The translations under genes and the position numbers were made by a program. Shown here piece by piece: positions 1-13,253 of a stretch of 64,000 nt of DNA (positions are counted from its first letter, which is position 1; every line of letters begins with the position of its first letter). This stretch comes from Catajapyx aquilonaris. Taxonomy: Eukaryota. Location of the stretch: assembly GCA_000934665.2 (NCBI GenBank), contig JYFJ02001015.1, forward strand, positions 1 to 64,000, written 5' to 3'. The notes beneath the pieces were generated by a model. It had not been told where the DNA came from, did not search any database, and was given only the letters and a program-made list of their open reading frames with translations.

Positions 1-61
1 ATGTTATTAATCTATAGTTTTTCCTTGCAAACACCATCCCAAAGGGTGAAATTTTAAACTA

Positions 62-776
62 CAGTAGAACCCTGATTGTCTGACTCTTCATTTTAACCGA
101 CCATCTCGCTCCAGCAATAAATATATTTTTCTCATCAAATACCGTAATGCACTACTGGTACTACCCATTTGTTTCATATTGCAGGGGTCAAAATATTCGG
201 ATGCAAAGGTGCAATTTGGACTCCAAAATTATCATCTGCACTCCAAACTGAGCCTTGGTGTGCAAACTTTTCACTCTAATTGGCTCTGCTTTTAAACATG
301 GCTATACTCAACAATTAAAAATTAAGCACTCCAAGTATGCAATTTACACTCCAGATTAAAGTATGCGGGTGGATTTAACAAATGTCGTAAGACAAATTTT
401 CGTCGTAACCGGTCGTAACCATGGTTACGACAATTAGCTATGGTTACGACTGATTACGATGAAAATTTGACTTAGCCATTTGATTAATCCACCCCTTGGA
501 GTGCAAACTTTGCATCTGGACAAAAATTTCAAAATTCTACCCTCGATATTGCCTTAGTTAAATTGTAAATACCATACAGTAGTGTGTGTGTATGTAAAAA
601 ATTAATACTTAACTATTTTTTTAGAAAAACATAATATTGTACATTATTTCATGTTTTCATATGTTTTTTTGTTTGTTGTTTCATTAAAGTTTTCCTTACT
701 CCTCGGATTATCCGACCTTTTTCGTGTTCCAACCATGCCCTGGTTCCATGGGTGACAGATAATCATGGTTCTACTG
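62..776. mobile_element. pogo/Tigger-like MITE carrying nested insertions
   Basis: TIRs CAGTAGAACCCTGATTGTCTG (62) and CAGATAATCATGGTTCTACTG (ends 776), TA on both sides. Confidence 0.75.
367..495. mobile_element. Short palindromic MITE (GGGTGGATT ends), inside a degenerate element at ~183-545
   Basis: Long imperfect inverted arms; host element flanked by direct repeat ATATTGC; same family bounds 5628-7268. Confidence 0.65.
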
Positions 777-2060
777 TATTCATTTTTCCAATGCCTTTTT
801 CTCCTGTTCATAAGAGCCCTCTGCTGGTCCATGGAGTATCACCGAAAGCACACCACCATCTTGACACAGATGCTGTCTCACTTACAAACTGCCTGCACAT
901 ATGAGTACCCTAAGAGTATGCAACACTCATTCTCAAAGGGCAACCCAAACAGGCAGTTTTCACTCTTTTTTTTGCACCATTTTCATTTGATCAAGAGATG
1001 TAGCATATCACTATGTCGACTATGAGTATCAACATGATCAGTTATTTGTGACTGTTTCATCCTCCTTCAAAATAAGAGAAGTGACCTGCAGCACCCACAG
1101 TTAGTTGTTGCTTTTGTGTGGAACATTCCACTGCAGAAAAACATAACCGCTGCACATGCACTATTGAAAAATCCATTATGAAAGAAAATATTCAACTGAA
1201 GTTAATTTATTAAGAATTTTATCAATACCCCGTAATAAGCTATAGGCTAGTATGCTTTACTCACGTCAGTGATTCTTCTACCTGCATGTTGAAACTACTT
1301 CTTCTCCAATACAAAATGTCCAACATATCACATTAGAAACTGTTCCTTCCATTACCGTGGACACATCTTGGTGCCACTTCTGCAAATAACAGGAGAGCAA
1401 AATGGTGGACATTATCCATTTGTCTTAGGTAATAATTACGGTTATATACATTTTTCCAACTACCTTTGACTGAGCAAAATCCTCACTTGCCCTCAAAAAT
1501 AGAATCCCAGAAATACAGACTGCCTGCTTCTATACTCATCACTAACCATAAAAATGCAACTTGAGAGTAAAAACCACGTGCAAGCAATCAAAGAGGAGAT
1601 TGAAAGAGGTAATAAGGTTGTCAGATTAGGCAGTATGACAGGTAGAAAGAACAAATGCTAACTGTTCTGCATTGCAGGGTTAGAGTACATTCCATTTACA
1701 TTCCTGTACATGAGCTACTGGATCTGTCCACAACAAATAAAATAAAATAATCTACATGCACTTTATAATATTCCTCTAGTGTGCTGGTCCTAAGCTTCAA
1801 CAATATCCTGTATTTCTCCATCTGGCGAAACACACTTCCTAAGCCAAAATTAATTACCTTTATTACAATAATTACACCATGGTGTATAACTGTCTTACTA
1901 TCCCAAGCTCACCTTCCCACAACTATGCTGATTAGTTCATCTGAGTAAATACAGCTGAGGCAGCATAGTGAATAATGCTAGCCTTGAGCAATTATTATTT
2001 GTCTATTGCATCCCTTATTGGGCAATCTCTAGAAAAATCTGAAATAGCACTCTCCACATA

Positions 2061-2603
2061 CAAGGGGCATTCATAAAGTTCGCACCTTCAGGTTGAAGAA
2101 AAAGAGAGAAACTGTTCAAATTGCACACATGTGTTAATCCTTCTCTCTATTTTAATCCTGCAAGCCACACATTTTTCCCAGTGACCTACGACATGTCAGA
2201 CACCATCATTGTAGAAGTCGACACTATGTGCTTGAAAAGTGTTTTCAATCTCTGTTGTCATGGTCCCGGGGGGGGGGGGGGGGGGGNGGGTGTCTGTTTC
2301 TCCCATGACCCCGAAAAGCTGTGCCGGTGGCAGTTTCGTCCACTGGAAGGATATACTGGACAGGTCTTTGGGGTCACGGGAGGAACACCAGGGCACCCCC
2401 ACCCTGACAACAGAGGTTGAAAACATTCTTCAAGCACAGAGTGTCGACTTCTACAATGATGGTGTCGGACAGGTCGTACATCACTGGGGAAAATGTGTGT
2501 CTCTGCAGGATTAAAATAGAGAGAAGGACTAACACGTGTGCAATTTGAACCGTTTCTCTCTTTTCCTTCATCCCGAAGGCGTGCACTTTATGAACCTCTC
2601 TCG
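2061..2603. mobile_element. Mariner-derived palindromic MITE
   Basis: ~200-bp inverted arms, TA flanks; arm encodes DFYNDGVGQVVHHWGKCV, resembling a mariner transposase C-terminus. Confidence 0.75.
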
Positions 2604-3054
2604 TACACTGATCAGACTGGTGGATGGTACTTGCACAATTCCCATCTGGTCACTGCATTTCAGGAGAAGTTCTTTAGAGTTCTATACAGGATGGTCTGGA
2701 CTCACAATATTGGACGCAATTGACGCAACATTTGGAAAGGATTCATGCTATACTTATATTTATTGCAATGGCAAATGTTAATGGAAAAGGAATTTACAAT
2801 TACTTCCATGTGGCAGCCTCCTGGTACCTAATACTATATTTTTATATTTTCGCAATATTTAGTAACTTGTATGAACTCCATAAAATATTAATATAATGTA
2901 ATTGATGCAACATGAAAAAACACAGGCTCTTTGGGGGCAGCTGTAGTGACATGAAACCCTGCCAGCTGAATGTTACAACTGAAATATAACGTATACTCTC
3001 GCAGCAATTTTGTGATTAGTTTAGAATATTAGAATATTAGAGTCTTAGAATATT

Positions 3055-4100
3055 AAGGTCTGGTCACTCCCTCTTATCGCCTGCCGGGGCGCTTTGCATG
3101 AGGTGCTCACTTGAGAGCGCCATGAGACCGCTTTTCACTGCTCCATTATGTGGCGACCCTACTGGACTATGCTGAACTAAGGTAGAAGAGAAGCCGCTAC
3201 ATGAAGGCCCAACATGGTCGCCGGAGACCATGTTGGGTCCCCCAACGTAGCGCTTCCCTTTTGTACCTATAAAGTTCAGCATAGTCCGGTAGAGTCGCCA
3301 CATAATGGAGCAGTGAACGGTCTCATAGTGCTCTCAAGTGAGCACCTGATGCGAAATGCCCCGGCAGGCAGTAAGATAAGATTAATAATAATAATAATTT
3401 GATACCCCATTATCAGCCTACGGGCTTTCCTAGGGGGGGATTTCTCCCAATTTTTTTGTCTGGAACTCTTCCATTTTTACTATTTTTCTCATCACCGGAA
3501 TGAAGAAGGGAAAGGGTAGGAAGGAGGCGGCTGTGGCCTATATTACGGTAACGACCCCGGAATTATCCTGCAAGGACCATGGGAAACCACAGAAAACCAT
3601 GGTCAGGGTCGCCGGCCTCCGGGATTCGAACCCAGGACCTCCCGATTAGCAGTCGGTCACCATACCACTACACCACTACTGCTTCGGTGTAGTAAGATAA
3701 GATTGTAGGGGTAGTGTCCGGGGGCTGGTCTAAACCAGGCCCCGGACACTCATACTACCTTCTGCTGTTATCACCTGCAGACGCGTTTTGCAGAAGGTGC
3801 TCACTTGAGAGCGCCATGAGACATTTCACTCTCCATTTAACTGGCGACCCTACCAGACTAACGCTGAACTTTATAGGTACAAAAAGGAAGTGTTACATGC
3901 GGGCACAAAATGGCTGCCGGCGACCATGTTGGGTACACCAGTGTAGCGCTTCCCTTTGGTTAGTTTTGTACCTATAAAGTTCAGTATTAGTCCGGTAGGG
4001 TCGCCAGTTAAACAGAGAGTGAAATGTCTCATGGCACTCTCAAGTGAGCACCTTCTGCAAAACTCGTCGGCAGGGGGTAGGTGGGAGTGTCCAGACCTTA
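3055..4100. mobile_element. Two tandem palindromic MITEs of one family, interrupted by a SINE
   Basis: Outer inverted ends TAAGGTCTGGTCACTCCC / GGGAGTGTCCAGACCTTA; two internal palindromes (~3072-3380, ~3770-4075) share GGTGCTCACTTGAGAGCGCCATGAGAC. Confidence 0.7.
3384..3690 (-). mobile_element. tRNA-derived SINE
   Basis: Minus-strand A box TGGTGTAGTGG and B box GGTTCGAATCC, (ATT)n tail, 14-bp TSD AGTAAGATAAGATT at 3370-3383 and 3691-3704. Confidence 0.85.
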
Positions 4101-4375
4101 TCTTCTATGGCTGTGGTTTAGACCATGCCTGTTGATGCTCATGTTTCCAGGAGAAATTAGGATTGGCGTAACTTACGCAACTTTCCACTAAAATATCTTG
4201 ACTATTCCATGTCTCTGCTGCTATGTGGTAACAGAATGGTGCTACACCTAATGCATCTGACATATTGACCTGCTTTCAATAAGACTTCTACCAACCCACA
4301 ATGCAGGACCATCCTTCTAAGATGCTCCAATCAAGTGATCAGTGGTAACTGAAGATAGGTGCCAACAGGTCGCTA

Positions 4376-4475
4376 CAGTAAAACCTCGACATAAAGCTCC
4401 CACATAGAATGCTTTCCCGCTTTTAATGCTACTTTTGGGCAGTCCCTTGAAGAGCGCTATATCGAGGTTTTACTG
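4376..4475. mobile_element. 100-bp pogo/Tigger-like MITE
   Basis: TIRs CAGTAAAACCTCGA / TCGAGGTTTTACTG, TA flanks. Confidence 0.8.
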
Positions 4476-4563
4476 TATTTTTAATTTTGTGAGGAATTTT
4501 TTACACAACTTTTAAGGCCAAATGGTATATTTGGAAACTGGTATGCAGTCAACTCCAGATATA

Positions 4564-5078
4564 CGAGGGTCAGTCAACGTGCGTATTCTCGGTCTCACAT
4601 AGAAGGAGTTGACATGCTGCCACTATATTGTAGTGGCACTCTCTAGAACAGCACCCGCAAAGTCTCATTGTGATTGCTTCATTCCACTGGTAGTACAGGA
4701 CACTTGAGATGTTGAAAGTGTGGGCTCTTGTTACAATGGAGAATATCCACACCTCACGATTCACACTGCCACTGTCACTGGCAAAACGAGCCCCACCCAG
4801 GATCTTTCATCTTTGGGAACAGGGGGTAGTCCATGGTAGTCAGAGGAAGCGAAATCCTGGGGATGGGGAGCAGTTCAAAGCAACGAAGTGTGGGTATTCT
4901 CCATCATAAGAAGAGGCCACACTTTCACCATCTTACATGTCCAATACTCCCAGTGGAATAAAGCAATAGCAATGAAACTTTGCAGGTGCTGGTCTAGAGA
5001 GTGCCACTACAATTTAATGGCAGCCTGTCTTTATATGTCAACTTCTATGTCAGGCCGAGAATACATTGACTGACCTCA
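4564..5078. mobile_element. Mariner-like palindromic MITE
   Basis: CGAGGGTCAGTCAA / TTGACTGACCTCA ends, ~190-bp imperfect inverted arms, TA flanks. Confidence 0.75.
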
Positions 5079-5973
5079 TAAGAGCCTCAGCCATGAACAA
5101 CCCTTGGTTATAGGCTTATAGCCAACTAAAAAGCCTGCTCCTGGAATACTTCCATAATATGTGGCCTGTGTATTTGAATATAGGAAACCTTGGTTAGAGG
5201 ATACTGATTTCGACAGTTCCTTGAAGTCTCTTACATCCGGAGTTGTCTGTATAAAGACTCAAAACAAACTGATTAAACTTCAAACAACCACAATCCAAAC
5301 ATACATAAGGCTAATCTATGTGTATGAACATGTTAAGTGGTAGTATAGTACATCAGAATCACTGCCAGACATATGGTTATTACTGCTGCAGCATTTCCCC
5401 ATCAAAATCTCAATATAAGTATGGAAGAAAGTGAAAAATGGTCAAGTGGGGTTAAAGAAATGAAAATCAGTGACATACTTTATATGACTCCCAATGCAAT
5501 GCTGAGTCCTTGGTTGGACCACCCTATACCTTGCCATAAGCAGATACGGCAATAGCAAATAAACAATGTTCTACACCAATGATGCCACCTATTGCACATG
5601 ATGCATGTCAGGTTTGATGTAGCTACAGGGGGTGGATTCAACCGATAGTAACCGTAGTTACTAATAATTAACTAACTACGGTTATGACCAGCTACGATGA
5701 AAAGAACAAAGAGTTCTGCTATAATAATAATACCTGGAGAGAGCACCCAAGCTGAAATGTGAGTCAGGCAACAATATTACTAAGTAAAGATGGCGGACGC
5801 CAGACATTATTGGACTAATTGTCGTCTCAGTTGTCATTATTAGTTGTTGTCCCAGTTTCTAGACAACCGTTAGTACAACAATATGACACAATATTACCTA
5901 AGTAAAGATGCCGGCTGCCTCAGCCTGGAAAATAGGAAAGGAGAGGGAGTACCAAAGAGTTCTGCTATATATA

Positions 5974-6180
5974 CAGGGTGGTCCAAGTTCAAGTGTCGTT
6001 TTATAACGGCGATTAATAGAAGCGCTTAACGATGACGTAGCAGCGGCGTGTAAAATTGCCCACTTCGATTGCGCCGAAGATGCGCCGAAGTGGTACATTT
6101 TACGCGTCGCTGCTACGTCATCGCAAAATCACTGCTATTAATCGCCATTATAAAACGACACTTGAACTTGGACCACCCTG
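5974..6180. mobile_element. Tc1/mariner-type MITE
   Basis: Perfect terminal repeat CAGGGTGGTCCAAGTTCAAGTGTCGTTTTAT and its reverse complement, TA flanks. Confidence 0.85.
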
Positions 6181-6518
6181 TATACCTAGAGGAGGCACTC
6201 GGGCTGAAATGTGAGGCAGGCAACAATGCAGGCAACAATATTACCCCCAACAAGATGGCGGACCCCTGACATTATTGAACTAATTGTCGCCCAGTTGTCA
6301 TTATTGGTTGTTGTCCCAGTTGCTAGACAACTGTTAGAACAACAATGTTACCTCCAACAAAATGGCCGCTGCCTCAGCCTGTCTAATAGAAAAGGATAGG
6401 GAGTACCTCCTCTAGGTATCATCAGTCCAAAAAGAATTGTCCCTCGCATCGAGCGGGCAGCCACACGTCAGGATGAAAGGAACCAGTTAACTGGTTGCTT
6501 TCATCCTGACTGATGATA

Positions 6519-7153
6519 CAGTGCTGGACAAATTAGCCGTCGCTGGCGGCTGCGTTACCTGGCAACCCTGTCCGGCAGGCCAATTCAAACATCAGCCCAT
6601 GGAGAGTGCTTCCATTGTTGCCACTGTTTACAAATTGAGTGAGTGACCCCAAAATGACTTATTGCTTCTAACATCATTATTTTCCCTGTTTTCTCCTGCA
6701 TATCCCTGCAGATACTGTGTAAGCAGGCAGAAGAGACCCGTCGCTGGGTCTTCCGCATCAGGGTCCCCTACATGGTTGCCTCCCCACCCTCACCAGGGTA
6801 TTGTCTTCACGTAGTCCTTATGCAATCTAGCTCCAATATGGCCGCCCCATGCTGCAGGATAGGGAATTGGCAAGCGATTCGTTTTTTGTTTTTTTCAATT
6901 GTTTTTTTTCACTGCATGTAGCTCCTATGTGAATTAGCTCCAACACGGCGGAGAGACAATACCCTGTCTAGGTGGGGGAGGCACTCATGTAGGTGACCCT
7001 GGTCCACGTCACTCACTCGATTTGTAAACAGTGGCAACAATGGAAGCGCTCTCCATGGGCTGATGTTTGAATTGGCCCGCCGGACAGGGTTGCCAGGTAA
7101 CGCCGCCGCCGCCGGAAAAAACCATTCAGCGACGGCTAATATGTCCAGCACTG
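6519..7153. mobile_element. TA-targeting MITE with long TIRs (CAGTGCTGGACA family)
   Basis: >120-bp imperfect inverted arms, TA flanks. Confidence 0.8.
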
Positions 7154-7468
7154 TATTATATTATATAATCGCAGAACTCTTTGGGGAGTACTTCCTCTAG
7201 GTATATAGTATATTATATATAGCAGAACTCTTCGAATTTGACTTATGCCATTTGATGAATCCACCGCCAGGTTGTTCCAGTGTCTTGGAAGAATCCTAGC
7301 AACTAATGCTAACAATAAATTAGTATTATTTTTATAAAATAAGACAACTTCATCTTACCTCACGATAACGAACATCAAAATTGTGTTTTTCCAGATTTTG
7401 GGAAAACTTTTCTGCTTAATATAACTAAACTTCATAGTGTGTGTAGGAAAAAAACCTCCTGCTGTGTA

Positions 7469-7757
7469 CAGTGCTGGACATTAAATCCGTCGTACTGCTA
7501 GCGACATTTTCCTATGAGGCAGAAGTGCAAATCCAGTTGATGGAGTGCGAATGGTGTGAGCACTCTCTGAGTAAGAAATGGTAGGCCTTTGGTGACGTCA
7601 CCAGCTGGGGGGAAATGGAGAAAAAGGCTTGCCCTGAGCCAGCAACGTAAGGCCTACCATTTCTTACTCACACGGCTGGCACTCATCACTTCGATTTGCA
7701 CTTCTGCCCCATTGGAAAATGTTGCTAGCAGTACGACGGAATTGATGTCCAGCACTG
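7469..7757. mobile_element. MITE of CAGTGCTGGACA family, different interior
   Basis: CAGTGCTGGACAT / ATGTCCAGCACTG ends, TA flanks, palindromic body. Confidence 0.8.
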
Positions 7758-8155
7758 TACATGCTCACCCAAAATCTTAGAAGCATCGGAGAAAATATTT
7801 GAACAAAAGGGTGCATGGAAGCCAATCCTTCCAGCATGCAGCAGAAACGGGTCATGTTCAGGCATACCTACATGCACTGAAGACACCATCAAGTGACAGA
7901 AGTCAGTCTAATTTGGTCAAGCTGCCCCACCTGCCCTAACAATAAGGTCAGTCATTTAGCCACCACAAAAAAGGAGGCTTGCACTTACACAAGGCATTAA
8001 TTTCAATGCTATATGCTCAAGTGTAATCAATAGTGCAACTTGTGCATTTTGGTAGCATTAATAGTCATTAATAATATCACTCACAACATAAATGTTCAGA
8101 CGACAAACTCATGAACATTTCACATGCAACTCCTCTGTACCAACTCAGTAATCAC

Positions 8156-8697
8156 TAGTCTGGATTTTTAGGCACGAAAAAACCCTGAAATAGGCACAAA
8201 ATTTTTTACTTTTGCAGACATATGGAGGAGAATGTTACAGGAAATAAACGAGCTAGACAAAATTTTTAGGCCTAAAGTATAAATATCAGGCCACAAACCA
8301 GATGAAAAAACCGAATAACAACAATAAACTGACAGAAAATCACAAAACTTGGGCAAAAGACAAGTGCAAGCAAGTATAACTTGTACTGGAATCTATCATT
8401 ATAATTTTATAGCCCGTTTCCACTTGCATAGTATGTTACCAAATATTTTTCTAGGTCCAAAATAGGCCCAAACTGAAATAGCTTCAAAAACTATCCCAAA
8501 AAAGGCAAACTAGCAAGAAAAGTTTCAAAAATCCAGAATAGGCAAAATAGTTTCCAGAACCCTGAAATACGCAATTTTAGGCACTATAAAACCTGTATTT
8601 TCCACAACCTGCACTTTTGAAATGGATAGATCTCTTCACAAAACCATCCCAACTGCAAAGGAACTAAATAAGCATTTGCCTAAAAATCCGGACTCTA
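8156..8697. mobile_element. hAT-like non-autonomous element
   Basis: TAG...GGATTTTTAGGCA / TGCCTAAAAATCCGGACTCTA ends with 8-bp TSD GTAATCAC (8148-8155, 8698-8705). Confidence 0.75.
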
Positions 8698-11600
8698 GTA
8701 ATCACTAACACTATCTGTGAGTGGGTGTCGCATCTTATGCCTGTGAGAAATCAGTGATATTGCTCTATACAGTATGTGACAGATACATTCACTAAAATTA
8801 CAAGATTGTAATCAGTAGATATCAAACTCTATGATGCGGCCCAACATATTTTAAAAGCACAAGCAGAGTGGTCCTAGAATTACATCCACACTTGTTATTC
8901 TCACAATGATATTCATCCCATAATGCCCCACAAGGTTATCATCATAATCACTTATTGAAATTATGATAAATGGCTTCAATGAATGATGATGATAACAACA
9001 TTCCCTGAAGTAGAAAGCAGAGTGACTTGGTTCATCAGCCCTCTCGCAATGTGATACTAAGCGGATTGGGATGAGAAATATGAAAAGAGTTTGAAAGGGT
9101 TTACACGCTAGCCCATCAGCTTTGACTAGCTTAAAATTACAGCTCTATTATTAGCAAGGGGATTCTGCACTTGATTCACATTGTCACTCAACATCAGCGC
9201 ATATGATTAAGTTCAAGCCGTTCAAGCCAATTGTTATGCTTCAATACAGCCATCTACTGAAAAGTGCCACACCTATCCACTGAGAAGATTATGTTTTCAT
9301 TATACTTCTCTGAATAAACAACCTTATTGTGCACAATGTACATGTGAAGTTTTTTTTCAGTACGATGGCCTCATGATATCCTAGAATGTGGCGCAATACT
9401 CAAGTACGCTTTAAAATATGAAGTATTATTCTTGAGTTGTGAGTGTATATACACCCCCCCCCATTATCCATGGTTAATTAATTCCAAGCAAAACTCTATT
9501 CACATTTAAAATATGTTTTCCAAGGTGCCTGGGATCAGAAGTATTTTGGATTTTGGAATATTTGTAGATTTGCATATATAAAATGGGACAACTTTGGGAT
9601 GGGATAAATGTCTGAACAAACATTTCTTAACATTTCTTAAGAAAGGTTACAGTTTAACTGTGGAGATAAGTCACACTAAATCATTAAAAATTTATGCACA
9701 TCTATAGAAATGATAATGTGGCATGTCCTCTTTGCATCAAAAACACTTTTGGATTTTAGAGGTCTTCGATTTTTGGAACCCTAAAATTCTAGATAACCTA
9801 CAAAATACTAGTATATGTTTTTTCACATACATTCATACCTGTGATAAGATTGAAGTACAAATTATGTACGTGAAATATCAATCAACACAATTACAATGAA
9901 GTAGAAGCCTTATATGAATACAGTAATGTACTGCACTAAAAACCTCAGAAATTTTTAAATTTAACGTTTTCATCAATATTTATCTGTTGTATCCCCCCTC
10001 CTCCCTTTTTAAAAAATTATCTGCGAGTACCTGACCAGGCTACAGATTTTTTTTTTTTTTGTATGTGTATTTGGTCATACGAGGATATTGAGGACCTCCT
10101 CCTCAGTATCAGCTGGCAACCCCTATCCATTTGGGAAACGTCGTGAAGAAGAAGAAGATGATGATGATTAATATTTATAATATTCACAAACAGCATAATT
10201 ATAACTTAAACCATGGATAATGAATCTGCAGATAATTGGGGGGGGGGGAGGGGGGGGGAAGCCAGTGCATTGCTTGTTTGGTTTACCATGCTACTTTCTC
10301 CATATTCTGAGTGTCTTCTTGCTACACTGTATGGGCTCGGATAGATATTGATATCATTATGATTGCTCTCCTGCTCAGTAGGCCTACTGCTCCTCTACCA
10401 ATGCCAGAAATTATTATAATGCTAGCATAATCCAGTACCCTTCATTTCTACATGTTGAATTTTAAAACGCTGACTTCATCCTAGTACCTAGTTCATGCAA
10501 TAATTTTTTGTCCAACTTTTACATTTCACATGGCACGTACACCCTTTTAAAAACCAGTTTTACACAACAACTACTGTACATTATCTGTTATGCATTACAG
10601 AGGAGTTGCATATTTCAATCAGCTCCAGTGTGCAACCAATTCATAACAGGCAAATACCAGTAATTAAAAGCATATTTGTCACAGCCCAATTAAACTCTCT
10701 TGTGACTTCTAATTGAACATGTACTGTATGTGCAGTAATAATGTCTGTTGACCTTGCCATCAGGGCAAAATACTTGATCATTGCACGTGCACATTCAGTT
10801 ACTTTATCTCTTTCTCCAAATATACCAGAACAGAATTATCTCCTTTAAAGTTATTGAAGGACGCTACTAAAATAAAGTGGCTCAAGAGCATGTTGTTCAT
10901 GTCTCACTTGGCTTAAAATAATGTCTAACTTGCCTTTGTTTTCTGGGCACACAAGGCTAAAATCACGCTGTGGAAAGTTATCTCTCATGTCAGTCCAGCA
11001 TGTCCATACATTAACTAACACATGTCAAATCTTATAACTTTATGACTTTAGTGTGCTTTTGAAATTGGCCCATAAGCATTCAAATGACACTTGCCACTTT
11101 ACACATCTAATGACTATTGACAACCACTGAAAATTATCATTTCTTCTGTTGCTTCTCTAATCGCATCTCTCTCATGTGGTGGTAGAAATTCAATTTTCAC
11201 TTTTGCATTGTACATGAAACATCCAACTCACACTAATCCAGGCAGGCACATGACATCAGCCATCTTCAACTTCCCATAACTTGTCAAGATTACATCACAC
11301 TAAAACATGCAGCACAGTTTTAATGACTATTGAAGTCTGATATTAATGATCATATATAATTAATAATTGGTTATCACATGATAGGCCTCAGAATAGGAGA
11401 TTCTATTTTAAATGGCCCTACTTTATTACTTGCTGCATTGCTGATGGATTTTGATAGTGGGAGGAAACATGAGAAATTCAATAAAATCCAAATTAACACA
11501 GAAACAATTCATCTAAACTATTTCCACGTGAAAACCCTTGATACGATTCAGATATCAAACTCAGAACCTCGAAGTCAGATGGCTGTACTACTAACCACTA

Positions 11601-13253
11601 CACCACCCTACATTTTGACTCTCACTCTCTCCCCCACCCCCTCCCCCAGGGAAATCTACACCTTGCACTGGCACCCACCACTGCATATGTTGGCCATCCC
11701 AACTTTCGTAATTACCTTGCAGACTGTAGCAAACAACATATGATATGAGGATGACTTTTAAAAAGTCGTACTTGTTTCACTGCCCTTTCTGTAGCTCAAA
11801 CGCAGCACTGTAGACCTCACCCTTTGTTCTGAACACTGTGACTCATACCCTCAAACACAATTCCCTGTTGTCCTTCAGATTCTTTAACACGGGCTGCACT
11901 ATTTTATGTTTTTATTAAGCTAACAAGTTTCATACTAATAAAATATAACAGTACATCCTTCCAACATACCCATTTCCACAGGTGCAATTGCATCACCAAA
12001 TCATGACTAATTACATGAATCACCAATAGGCACAGAACAAAGGAAGTAAGATGCAGATGTACTAAGAATCTCCCTCACAGAATGAATGAATATTGAACAA
12101 GTATTTTCTCTCACCGAATGTAATGCGGCTTATCTGTTTATTTGCTTAATTAACATTACGCTGTTCTTTGTCATTCTTTCTATTCGAACATTTCTTATGG
12201 TTACTGGCTACTCACGGGGTTTCACTCTCATATAACTACATCAGTCTGGGTGTTATGCTCGTAGCTTACTTGCGCAATCACGAATAATGTCGTCGTAAGT
12301 TACCATCGTCAGCCAAACCATATCCCGTCCAATTCAGTACCTTCACCCACCAAATTCACCCGCAGTACAGACTCCAAATCCCACCACCATCCCCATACGG
12401 TGTCACCATCCCCACCTAACCTTCCAGAAGCTGGTGTGAACCACCAAACACCACAACAAACCAGCCCCATACCATTCCCCCACTATAAGAATGTTCCAAA
12501 CTCACCTCGCAGCGACGACCAGTCCGTGACGATTCTTCTACACGACCGTAGATCTCGAGGTCAACTTTCTGGCAGAGGCCAAGCTGTGCTGTGAGTGTGT
12601 TGTGTGGGGGTCACCCGCGCACCGATCCTTCCCTTTCAGAACAGGCGCATCATCCCTCCCCCCCCCCCTTTCAGCCCCTTTTATCCCGCTCCTCTCTTTC
12701 CCCTTCCCCCTCCCCTTCCCACCCCTCAAACCAAGCGAGTGGGATCTACTGGAGTTCACTCCCTGGAATAGCTACGCCATACCACTTCCAGCACATCCCG
12801 TGTTCTCTTTTTTAGGGAGTCCCCAATAATTTCCTTCTGTCTTCTATTTTTCCTCGGGGGTCGACTGCTGCCTTTGATGACGTCAAGTAGTCCTACGTGC
12901 GCGACTGGACTGTTCGATATTTTTAAATAAAACCGGATGAGGGTTGTTTTAGGGATGAAATGTCACCGGAAATTTTTAAGGTCGGGAATTTAAGGGGGGT
13001 TGGAAAATTTGGAAGGTTTTTCGGGGGCTACAGGTGCATTGTTTAGGGTCGTTCACAAACAGCTGTTTCATCAGGTGTATTCATCCGCTGTGGTGTTGCA
13101 CAGTTGCCAAAATTAGTTGTTTTCATGTCGATGTACACAACCGGTTATAAAAATAAAAGATTAAATTGTGTTGATTTTACGGAATTTTATGGAATCTTAT
13201 ATTTTTTAAAAATAGTTTTTGTGTCGACTTATTTGTGGTAGATGTGATTCAAT

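Larger units (their letters stand above)
5628..7268. mobile_element. Nested MITE stack
   Basis: Outer GGTGGATTCA/TGAATCCACC ends; inner AAGAGTTCTGCTATA/TATAGCAGAACTCTT ends; further MITEs inside. Confidence 0.65.

Noticed and set aside
1085..1530. Three exon-like minus-strand segments with splice signals
   Set aside because: Stops interrupt the frames tried and no family was recognised; not called as CDS
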